Translations under genes and position numbers: made by a program
Part shown: piece after piece, positions 1 through 7,763 of the stretch
Numbering within the stretch: position 1 is the first letter of the stretch
Layout: each line of letters opens with the position of its first letter
Sequence record: SRR20825006_718
DNA: 50,639 nt
Direction: 5' to 3' (one strand)
Notes under the pieces: model-generated
Told to the model about the DNA's origin: nothing
Seen by the model: only the letters and a program-made list of their open reading frames with translations
Databases searched by the model: none

Positions 1-35
1 TCAACCCTCAACCCTCAACCCTCAACCCTTAACCC
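1..35. repeat. 7-bp tandem repeat (TCAACCC)x4 + TTAACCC, truncated by window start
   Basis: Read directly at 1-7, 8-14, 15-21, 22-28; degenerate unit at 29-35. Confidence 0.95.
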
Positions 36-43
36 CTCTATCT

Positions 44-73
44 ACAACTCATCCCATTAAAATTACAGTTCGG
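44..73 (+). promoter_or_regulatory. Putative LytTR binding site (9-bp direct repeat, 12-bp spacer)
   Basis: ACAACTCAT (44-52) and ACAGTTCGG (65-73); the second fits [TA][AC][CA]GTTN[AG][TG] exactly; lies upstream of an operon ending in a LytTR regulator. Confidence 0.65.
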
Positions 74-145
74 GAATTCACTTTTCTTTTTGCCCCAGGC
101 TATTCTGATATTTGACCTGTAATCAATAATTAAAACCGAACAGTC

Positions 146-424
146 ATGAAAAATGTAAACGAACACCGTTACACAAGAGCAAAAGAAAGAGTGGAGAGCC
201 TTAAATCCTTTTATCATAGCTTAATTGCCTATTGCGTGGTAATTCCACTTTTGATCTACATCAATTATAGGACCACCGATATTCCTTGGGCCATTTTTCC
301 CGCCGTTGGATGGGGATTTGGTTTGGTCAGCCTTTGGATGACCGCTTATGGACACAATCCCATTTTTGGAAAGGATTGGGAAGAGCGTAAGATTCAGGAG
401 TTTATGAACAATAAAGAATTTTAA
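146..424 (+). CDS. 2TM domain-containing membrane protein (copy 1)
   Basis: Y.RAK.RV..LK.FY.H motif, two hydrophobic helices, WG.G, C-terminal FGKDWEERKIQEFM. Confidence 0.9.
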   Translation: MKNVNEHRYTRAKERVESLKSFYHSLIAYCVVIPLLIYINYRTTDIPWAIFPAVGWGFGLVSLWMTAYGHNPIFGKDWEERKIQEFMNNKEF

Positions 425-468
425 GAATGAGTATTTTTAGCTACAACATCACATCAAACAACAATACC

Positions 469-771
469 ATGGAAACTATAGATAAAGAAAACAAATATGT
501 AAGGGCGCGTGAGCGTGTTCAGGAGCTTAAGAAGTTCTACGGTAACCTCACCTCATATGTGCTTGTAATAGCCGGATTGGCAGTTCTAAATTACTACACC
601 ACGGGCTTTGGCTATATGTGGTTCTTGTGGGCCGCTTTTGGTTGGGGAATCGGAATTGTTTTTCATGCCATTAAAACATTTGACCTTAATCCCTTTTTTG
701 GAAAACAATGGGAAAAACGCAAGTTAGAGGAGTTTATGCGTGATGATGAACAAAACAATAAATGGAAATAA
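469..771 (+). CDS. 2TM domain-containing membrane protein (copy 2)
   Basis: YVRARERVQELKKFY...WGIG...FGKQWEKRKLEEFM; start moved to ATG 469 (METIDK) by analogy to the paralogs. Confidence 0.9.
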   Translation: METIDKENKYVRARERVQELKKFYGNLTSYVLVIAGLAVLNYYTTGFGYMWFLWAAFGWGIGIVFHAIKTFDLNPFFGKQWEKRKLEEFMRDDEQNNKWK

Positions 772-773
772 CC

Positions 774-1079
774 ATGGAAAATAGCAACAAAGAAAAATAC
801 AATAGGGCCAAAAAAAGAGTGGATGAACTCAAAGGCTTTTATATCCATTTGGCCATTTATGTGGTGATAAATGCCTTTATTCTGGTGAACTTGTACCTAA
901 GGAGCGATGACTTTTGGAAATGGGAGCATTTCTTTACTTTAATTGCCTGGGGAGTGGGAGTTCTCTTCCATGCGTCAAAAACCTTTGGTTTCAATCCATT
1001 GTTGGGTAAAGACTGGGAAGAACGCCAAATCCAAAAGTACATGGACGAGGATAAAGAAGAAATGAACAAGTATAAATAA
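774..1079 (+). CDS. 2TM domain-containing membrane protein (copy 3)
   Basis: YNRAKKRVDELKGFYIH...WGVG...GKDWEERQIQKYM; ATG 774 follows the previous stop. Confidence 0.9.
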   Translation: MENSNKEKYNRAKKRVDELKGFYIHLAIYVVINAFILVNLYLRSDDFWKWEHFFTLIAWGVGVLFHASKTFGFNPLLGKDWEERQIQKYMDEDKEEMNKYK

Positions 1080-1083
1080 GATT

Positions 1084-1416
1084 ATGGTCAACAAAGATAC
1101 AGCGAGAGAGAACGCCAAAAAACGCGTCAAGGAGCTCAAAGGGTACTATAGACACATTTTCATTTTTATTGTCGTTAACGGCCTCTTATACCTTCTTAAG
1201 ACCGGAATATTAAATTCGTTATTACCAGAAACATTTCCAAAGGAGTCCTATTACTATGATTGGATCAATGCAAACATCTTGATTTGGGCCGTGATCTTGG
1301 TCGTTCATACATTGATTCTGCAAAGGCATAAATTTACGTTCTTTAAAAGATGGGAAGAACGACAGATTCAAAAATACATCGAAGAGGATAGGAACAAGGT
1401 AGATAAATATAAATAG
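1084..1416 (+). CDS. 2TM domain-containing membrane protein (copy 4)
   Basis: AKKRVKELKGYYRH, two TM segments, KRWEERQIQKYI. Confidence 0.88.
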   Translation: MVNKDTARENAKKRVKELKGYYRHIFIFIVVNGLLYLLKTGILNSLLPETFPKESYYYDWINANILIWAVILVVHTLILQRHKFTFFKRWEERQIQKYIEEDRNKVDKYK

Positions 1417-1420
1417 CATC

Positions 1421-1699
1421 ATGGACAGAAATTCCGTTTTTGAAAAGGCCCAGCGAAAAGTGAATGCCATAAAAAGGTTTTACTATCATTTGACTTTTTT
1501 TATTTTAGTAAGTTCTGTCCTCTTGGCCTTAAAAGGAAGTACCGTTGATTGGTTCATGGAAACCAGTGGCAACTCTAATGAAGCTTTTTTGAAATGGATA
1601 GATTGGAATATTTTGGCGATACCTATAATTTGGGGAGCTGTGATCGCTGTCCAAGGAAGGTATGTTTACAGATTTCATTTTGATGATAAAAAAGTATAG
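1421..1699 (+). CDS. 2TM domain-containing membrane protein (copy 5, lacks the WEER tail)
   Basis: AQRKVNAIKRFYYH, two TM segments, IIWG; C-terminus diverges from copies 1-4. Confidence 0.8.
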   Translation: MDRNSVFEKAQRKVNAIKRFYYHLTFFILVSSVLLALKGSTVDWFMETSGNSNEAFLKWIDWNILAIPIIWGAVIAVQGRYVYRFHFDDKKV

Positions 1700-1762
1700 T
1701 GAAGAAGAAGTAACAAGAAAAATCACAACAAGACCAAAACCTAAACAACAAACCAAACCTAT

Positions 1763-2518
1763 ATGAATGTCCTGATCATTGAAGACGAAAAACCAGCGGC
1801 AAGAAGATTGTCCAGACTGCTCTCCGAATTGGAAATGGAGGTCTCCACCATGTTGCATTCCGTTGAAGAATCCATAGCATGGTTTCAGAAAAATCCGCAT
1901 CCCGATTTAATCTTTCTGGACATCCAATTATCCGATGGACTTTCCTTTGAAATCTTTGATGAAGTCGAGGTGAAAAGTGCTATCATTTTTACCACCGCTT
2001 ATGATGAATATGCACTCCAAGCATTCAAGTTAAATAGCATTGATTATTTGTTAAAACCAATAGACGAAGAAGAGCTGGAAAGTGCCGTAAAAAAGTACCG
2101 GAATTTTAAACCGGAAAACCAAAAAATCCCCATCGATTTTAACGACATAAAAAAGCTTTTGGTTAACCCTTTGGAACGCGAATTCAAGAAGCGGTTTACA
2201 GCTAGGGTAGGACAGCATTTAAAAATTATAAATGCCGATGAGGTAGAGTGTTTTTATAGTGAGAACAAAGGTACTTATGCCGCTACTTCGGATGGAAGAA
2301 ATTATTTATTGGACACTACCCTGGAACAGTTGGAGGAGGAGTTGGAGCCACAGACATTTTTTAGGGTCAGCCGAAAATTTTATGTGAACATCAACCATAT
2401 AGGAGACATTATTTCATATACAAATTCAAGGCTTCAAATCAAGTTAAAACGGTTTGATGAGGCTGAAGTGATAGTAAGTAGGGAACGAGTAAGAGACTTT
2501 AAGTTATGGTTGGAATAA
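1763..2518 (+). CDS. LytTR-family DNA-binding response regulator
   Basis: Receiver domain (IIEDE, FLDIQL, FTTAYDEYAL.AF, DYLLKP) plus LytTR domain (FFRVSRKFYVN). Confidence 0.96.
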   Translation: MNVLIIEDEKPAARRLSRLLSELEMEVSTMLHSVEESIAWFQKNPHPDLIFLDIQLSDGLSFEIFDEVEVKSAIIFTTAYDEYALQAFKLNSIDYLLKPIDEEELESAVKKYRNFKPENQKIPIDFNDIKKLLVNPLEREFKKRFTARVGQHLKIINADEVECFYSENKGTYAATSDGRNYLLDTTLEQLEEELEPQTFFRVSRKFYVNINHIGDIISYTNSRLQIKLKRFDEAEVIVSRERVRDFKLWLE

Positions 2519-2607
2519 ATTAATTTAAAAAACTGATTATCATTTTTTTAAAAAAATATAAAACTAATAATAGGTTTTTCTTATAGTGAGTTTTTTGGGT
2601 AAAAAAC

Positions 2608-3798
2608 CTACTTTTCTTCAACTCGATTGTCATCAAAAGCGGAAGGAAGAAGTTTAGGTATCAATTTAATAAAAATAGGCAGAAGAATCGCTCCTCCGGG
2701 CAGCATAAAAATTGCCAAGGAAGGAATACTTTTAAAAATATCGAGCAATTGATTTTGCACTTTTTTCTTCTCTTCGTTACTCAAATCCTTCACGGTCGAC
2801 TTGGATAAAAGTGCGACCAATTCCCTACTTTCGGTCAGCTCTTTTTTTAATCTTTTACTGTTTCGAAGAATTAATTTGCTCACGTTTTTGGACATCCCAT
2901 CATAGAATTGAACGGCCAAATTTTTGTTGCTCAAATAGGCAATTTTATCCTTGTTTTTCTCGAAGAAATTCATCACAAAATCGAGCTCAGATTCTACTTC
3001 TTTTTTAGACTTTCCAAGGTCTTTTCCAAGACCAAAAATGTAGTCCGTTTCAGAGTAGTCCAACGTCTTATCTTCCCATATGGTCAGGCATGCCATATCC
3101 AGAAAATAATCCTTCTCATTTTTGGTGAAATTCTGGTTCAATAAATCCGAATATTCGCCTTCAAATTTTGCATTGTCAAGATCCACATAGGTAAGGGAAG
3201 ACCCCAACAATTGAATCAATTTTGCATCCGATTCATGGGTCTCTTTGGAGTTGAGGGCATGGTACACAATATTAATGGTAACATACTCCAAAAGTTGTGC
3301 ATGGCTCATCATGTCTTTATCGCTTCGGAGATAAATTATGAAGATGAGAATATCTACATAAAGTAACGAATTGGTCAAACTATTTCCGAGTGCCCTACTA
3401 AAAGTGTTGTCGCTTAAATAGATTCGGGAATCAATCAATTTTTCCAGTTGGGAAATTGTTTTTGAGCCGCTCAATATCTTGCTCAAAAACGAAATCCTGC
3501 TCACATTCAAGGATTGATAGTATTCGAATATTTTGTTGACGAAGGCCTCGAAATCGGTCTTTCCAACCTCAAAGGTATAGGTGTAGTATAAAGCGGTCAG
3601 TAGATTGATCTTGGCAATCTCGTCCTCGCTCAATGTGTGTTCCACATCTATAAACGATGGGATGCTTAAGTGGACACCGTATATGAAACCATTTGTTTTG
3701 AGTTCTCTGTACAAACTGTCAAAGTCTTCAAAACGGGAAGACTCTTGAGCTACTAGGTGACCAAATTTGTTGATCCAGCCAGAGGCGGAAGGGTTCAT
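2608..3798 (-). CDS. LETM1-related protein (Flavobacteriaceae biofilm-associated type)
   Basis: C-terminal DIFKSIPSLAIFMLPGGAILLP...LLPSAF resembles the LETM1 membrane segment; N-terminus MNPSASGWI. Confidence 0.8.
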   Translation of the reverse strand: MNPSASGWINKFGHLVAQESSRFEDFDSLYRELKTNGFIYGVHLSIPSFIDVEHTLSEDEIAKINLLTALYYTYTFEVGKTDFEAFVNKIFEYYQSLNVSRISFLSKILSGSKTISQLEKLIDSRIYLSDNTFSRALGNSLTNSLLYVDILIFIIYLRSDKDMMSHAQLLEYVTINIVYHALNSKETHESDAKLIQLLGSSLTYVDLDNAKFEGEYSDLLNQNFTKNEKDYFLDMACLTIWEDKTLDYSETDYIFGLGKDLGKSKKEVESELDFVMNFFEKNKDKIAYLSNKNLAVQFYDGMSKNVSKLILRNSKRLKKELTESRELVALLSKSTVKDLSNEEKKKVQNQLLDIFKSIPSLAIFMLPGGAILLPIFIKLIPKLLPSAFDDNRVEEK

Positions 3799-3890
3799 GG
3801 ATACATTTTAACGCATCAAAGTAAAACAATTTCTCTGACTTTGCTTTGGTACAGGCCAATGACTTCGATGAAATTTTAACATTTCAAAAC

Positions 3891-3916
3891 CAAACCGCGT
3901 ACTACGCAGTTCCGTA
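3891..3916 (+). promoter_or_regulatory. Putative ECF-sigma promoter CAAACC-N16-CGTA
   Basis: AAC-containing -35 at 3891-3896 and CGT-containing -10 at 3913-3916, 36 nt before the TPR gene start. Confidence 0.45.
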
Positions 3917-3952
3917 GGTAGGGTAGATACAAGCCCTAAAACAACAAACAAA

Positions 3953-5239
3953 ATGAAGATAATAATACCACGTATCTGTTTATTCCTCATCTTGACGTTT
4001 CTGGTTTCTTGCGTTCAAGAACCGGAAGTGTTCAAAACAAACAAATCGGACTATGATCACTTTTTGGTATCAGGTCCGTTAAAGACTATACCCGCTAATT
4101 TACAGTTTGAAGTAGAAGCCAACTCTGATAGTATGCAATTGCCCGGTTTGTGGAACTTGACGGACGATAACATGCAAATTTATAAGGAAACCGGTGATGT
4201 CAAATTCTTAAAAAATTCAGCGAAGATCTTAAATAAGGCGATTGAGATGGCTACTACTGAAAAATCTGGATTTATAAGGGCTTTGTCCAATAATTACATG
4301 TTGCAGCACAGGTTCAAGGAGGCTTTGGTGCTGGCAAAAGAGGCAAGAGCTCTAGGTACCGATTTGGAGGCGACCCAGAGTTTGCTGTTTGATATTCATA
4401 TGGAATTGGGCAACTATGGGCTTGCAAACAAATACTTGGATAGCATCAAGGATGTATCAAGCTATGAATATTTGGTCAGGTTGGCTAGGTGGAACAATTT
4501 CAAGGGTCATTCTGATTCTGCCATTAAGCTCATGGAAAAAGCGACAGAGAAGGCAGAGATTTCCCAGAATGAAGACTTGTTGTTGTGTTCCTACCTCCAT
4601 TTAGCGGATTATTATGGGGCAACAGGACATATAGAAGAAGCTTACAAACTATATCTCAAGGCGCTTCAAATATCGCCACAAGATGCAAATGCAAAAAAAG
4701 GAATCGCTTGGATCGTGTATTCCCACGAAAGAAATGGTATTGAGGCACTTCGGATTTTGGACTCCATCACACAAAAGAACAAATCCCCCGAATATTATTT
4801 GTTGAAAGCAGAGATTGCAGCTTTTATTGACGATGATATGTTGAGGGTCCAGGCATTGGATGATTATTATAAAATGGCAGGTAAAAACACGGATTATGGC
4901 GATATGTACAATGCCCATAATGTGGATTTTTTGCTGAGTATGGATGTGGAACACCGAGCTTATGAATTGGCACAGGAAGAGGTGAGTATTAGACCTACAC
5001 CCCAATCTTATGGGTGGTTGGCCTACAGCCTACTTCATTTGGGAGAAAAGGAAAAATCAATGAAGGTTATCGAAGAACACGTAATAGGTGTCACCCATGA
5101 ACCTGCCGTTTTGCAACGCGCTGCCGAGATTTACAAAGCAAACGGAAAACAAGACAAGGTTAAAGCGCTAAAAGAAGAATTATTGGGGGCAACCTACGAG
5201 CTTGGCCCCATAAAGGAAGCAGAGGTTGCCAGTTTGTGA
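3953..5239 (+). CDS. Tetratricopeptide-repeat lipoprotein
   Basis: Lipobox-like LVSC; helical repeats such as LADYYGATGHIEEAYKLYLKALQISP. Confidence 0.82.
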   Translation: MKIIIPRICLFLILTFLVSCVQEPEVFKTNKSDYDHFLVSGPLKTIPANLQFEVEANSDSMQLPGLWNLTDDNMQIYKETGDVKFLKNSAKILNKAIEMATTEKSGFIRALSNNYMLQHRFKEALVLAKEARALGTDLEATQSLLFDIHMELGNYGLANKYLDSIKDVSSYEYLVRLARWNNFKGHSDSAIKLMEKATEKAEISQNEDLLLCSYLHLADYYGATGHIEEAYKLYLKALQISPQDANAKKGIAWIVYSHERNGIEALRILDSITQKNKSPEYYLLKAEIAAFIDDDMLRVQALDDYYKMAGKNTDYGDMYNAHNVDFLLSMDVEHRAYELAQEEVSIRPTPQSYGWLAYSLLHLGEKEKSMKVIEEHVIGVTHEPAVLQRAAEIYKANGKQDKVKALKEELLGATYELGPIKEAEVASL

Positions 5240-5303
5240 ATTTCCCCCGCTAAAAGCAAGGTTGAAGACCGATAGGGTCTCGGCTTGGTTGTTGTTTTTA
5301 GGT

Positions 5304-5335
5304 ACGCCATGGTATTTTTGCCATGGCGTTTTTTT
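5304..5335 (+). terminator. Rho-independent terminator
   Basis: ACGCCATGG / CCATGGCGT stem followed by a T run. Confidence 0.8.
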
Positions 5336-5861
5336 AATCATCGGCAATGGCATTTTGGGTCTCGCTTTCTTGCTCTTTCAAGATTTCAATACCTTTTTGT
5401 ATGACCAGATTGGTAGGGATGGTAATTCGTTTGCCATCATCCGTGCGCATAAATAGATAGAATCCGCTGATGTCCTCAACTTTTCCGGTCCAGTCAAAAT
5501 CCTTGTCCATCACCCTAATTCTGTCACCCAAACGCAAAGGATGGTTAAAAAAGAGGATAACACTTGCCGTAAGGTTGGAAAGGATGGACCATTGCGCTAC
5601 GAAACCAACTCCCAATATGGCCAACATCGAGGAAATAAATACCGAAAATTCCTCGAAATTGACTCCCCAAATCAATGAAATGCCGATAAAAGCCAGCAGA
5701 TAGAACAGCAAATTGCTCAAATAAAAAATTATTTTTCTACTGTTCATATCAATGGAACTTGTTCTACCGAACCGGCGAATAGCCCTTTTGCTGAAAGAGT
5801 TGAGCGTAATGATAATGGTCAAAAGAATGATAGTGAACAAAATCTCGGATTTGAAGGACAT
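5334..5861 (-). CDS. Small-conductance mechanosensitive channel family protein (short MscS-like)
   Basis: Three TM segments, LSNLTASVIL, PLRLGDRI, GKVEDI, IPTN; start could be 5873. Confidence 0.88.
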   Translation of the reverse strand: MSFKSEILFTIILLTIIITLNSFSKRAIRRFGRTSSIDMNSRKIIFYLSNLLFYLLAFIGISLIWGVNFEEFSVFISSMLAILGVGFVAQWSILSNLTASVILFFNHPLRLGDRIRVMDKDFDWTGKVEDISGFYLFMRTDDGKRITIPTNLVIQKGIEILKEQESETQNAIADD

Positions 5862-5945
5862 AGTGTCAATCATGATGCTTCTTAGTAAATTTGATTTATA
5901 TTGATAAGTCTAAACTACGAATAAACCCTTTCATATTTTTAAGCC

Positions 5946-6926
5946 ATGAAAACAGATTTTGAAGAAAATTCGTGGGTAATCAACTACTCTCCCGAAAATT
6001 ACTCTAATCACAAATTCTCATTGGAGAGCGATTTGTTGCTTTCAAAAGGCGATAAATCCATTACTTGGGTAAATACCTATGGTTTGGATTACATGGAAGA
6101 GTTTAGGCAAATGGTGAACGGTAATAACCTTGACGATTTTTTACTGCGCCTGCTCTTGAACCAAAAGATGGGAAACAAGGTCATAGTGCTGGAAGACCAG
6201 TTGTTTATTGCGGCCCGAATCCTTAAAACAGAACACGATACTATGGAGTCCGAGCAAATGTATTTTGTGGTCTCAAAGGACTTCAATTGGTGCATCCAGG
6301 AAAAGTGGGGGGATCATTTTGATTGGATTCGCCAGCGAATATTTGAAAACAAGGGTATCATCAGAAAAAAACGGGCAGATTACCTGCTTTTTTTTATTCT
6401 AGAGACCTTGATCACCAATTACAAAGATAAGTACGAGGAAACGGTAATCATGGAAAATGCCTTGGATGCCATCGTAAAACGTGAACCAACCCCTGAGTTT
6501 ATGTTCGAGGTAGAGCAGAAAAAAGCGGTGATACAAGATTTTAAGAAAGCAGCACAAGGTCTTAGGGATATCATCATCAAGTTGGAACGAGTTCAGGTCA
6601 AAGGCTTTCACACCAAATATTTTAGTGAACTTCGTGAACAGATAAATGGCCTTATTGCCGATATCGATTCGGATATTATGGAACTCGAAAGCCAAATAAA
6701 CCTCTTTTTCAGTGTCCAGGGCCACCGCTTGAATGAGGTAATGAAGACCTTGACCATCTTCTCAGTGGTGTTTATTCCCCTGACATTTTTGGCCGGCATT
6801 TACGGGATGAACTTCGAAAACATGCCCGAGTTAAGGTCACCTTATGGTTATTTTATTCTATTGGGCGTAATGCTCATAGTCACCATAATATCTATAGTCA
6901 TTTTTAAGCGGAAAAAATGGTTTTGA
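5946..6926 (+). CDS. corA: CorA-family Mg2+/Co2+ transporter
   Basis: NEVMKTLTIFSVVFIPLTFLAGIYGMNF..MPEL signature, C-terminal KRKKWF. Confidence 0.93.
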   Translation: MKTDFEENSWVINYSPENYSNHKFSLESDLLLSKGDKSITWVNTYGLDYMEEFRQMVNGNNLDDFLLRLLLNQKMGNKVIVLEDQLFIAARILKTEHDTMESEQMYFVVSKDFNWCIQEKWGDHFDWIRQRIFENKGIIRKKRADYLLFFILETLITNYKDKYEETVIMENALDAIVKREPTPEFMFEVEQKKAVIQDFKKAAQGLRDIIIKLERVQVKGFHTKYFSELREQINGLIADIDSDIMELESQINLFFSVQGHRLNEVMKTLTIFSVVFIPLTFLAGIYGMNFENMPELRSPYGYFILLGVMLIVTIISIVIFKRKKWF

Positions 6927-6977
6927 TGGATTGAATTACTTCTTTTTGATGGCTTAGTGATTCCTCTTTGTCATCCA

Positions 6978-7021
6978 ATGATAAACATCATATTCTTGAA
7001 AAACACAGCTCGGTAGATTTG
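6978..7021 (+). promoter_or_regulatory. FNR/CRP-like box plus Bacteroidota -7 element upstream of ompW
   Basis: ATGAT-AAAC-ATCAT (6978-6991) and TAGATTTG (7014-7021). Confidence 0.6.
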
Positions 7022-7046
7022 TCTCATCATTATTAAATAATACACG

Positions 7047-7694
7047 ATGAGAAAAAGAATACTTGTAGCGGCTATCGCTGTAATGGGATTAACAAACTTG
7101 GCAGTGGCACAAGATGCCCCGGCGGACAATAGCGGAAAATGGCAATTTAGATTAAGGGGAATCGTGGTCTCCCCAGATGAAAGCGCGGATATTGAAGCCA
7201 TTGGTGGGGATGTGGATATTTCCACCTCAATTGTTCCTGAATTTGACATTACCTACTTCTTTGATGACAATTGGTCGATGGAATTGATTTTGGGAACTAC
7301 AAAACATGATGTCAAGGCAGTAGAGACTGCCGTAGGAGAAATCGATTTGGGCCACGTTTGGTTGTTGCCCCCGACACTTACAGGTCAATACCATTTTACC
7401 GGAGGTAATTTGGTCCCCTATGTCGGGGCAGGGGTGAACCTTACCTTATTTTACGGTGTTGATGAAGGACCGACGGTTGATGATATCAACTATGATACGG
7501 CTGTTGGCTTTGCACTTCAAGGTGGGTTTGATTATATGTTGAACGATAAATGGTTTTTGAACTTTGATGTTAAGAAGCTCTTCCTGAACACCACTGCCAC
7601 CGTTGATGCTACAAGCGCCCTGGGAGCTACCGTAGACGCAGACGTAGATATCAACCCTTGGATTTTTGGGTTTGGGATAGGTCTTAAACTTTAA
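7047..7694 (+). CDS. ompW: OmpW/AlkL family outer-membrane beta-barrel
   Basis: Signal peptide, LLPPTLTGQYHF, PYVGAGVN, DINPWIFG. Confidence 0.93.
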   Translation: MRKRILVAAIAVMGLTNLAVAQDAPADNSGKWQFRLRGIVVSPDESADIEAIGGDVDISTSIVPEFDITYFFDDNWSMELILGTTKHDVKAVETAVGEIDLGHVWLLPPTLTGQYHFTGGNLVPYVGAGVNLTLFYGVDEGPTVDDINYDTAVGFALQGGFDYMLNDKWFLNFDVKKLFLNTTATVDATSALGATVDADVDINPWIFGFGIGLKL

Positions 7695-7727
7695 TATTCG
7701 ATTGTTTTTTTAGGTAATCTAAGTTTT

Positions 7728-7763
7728 GAAGGTGGTTTGGCTTTGCCGACCACCTTCTTTTTT
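7728..7763 (+). terminator. Rho-independent terminator
   Basis: GAAGGTGGT...ACCACCTTC stem followed by TTTTTT between convergent genes. Confidence 0.8.

Noticed and set aside
2519-2607. Very AT-rich spacer containing TGATTATCA
   Set aside because: The palindrome is short and lies in low-complexity DNA between convergent genes. I could not read a convincing dif, origin or terminator structure.
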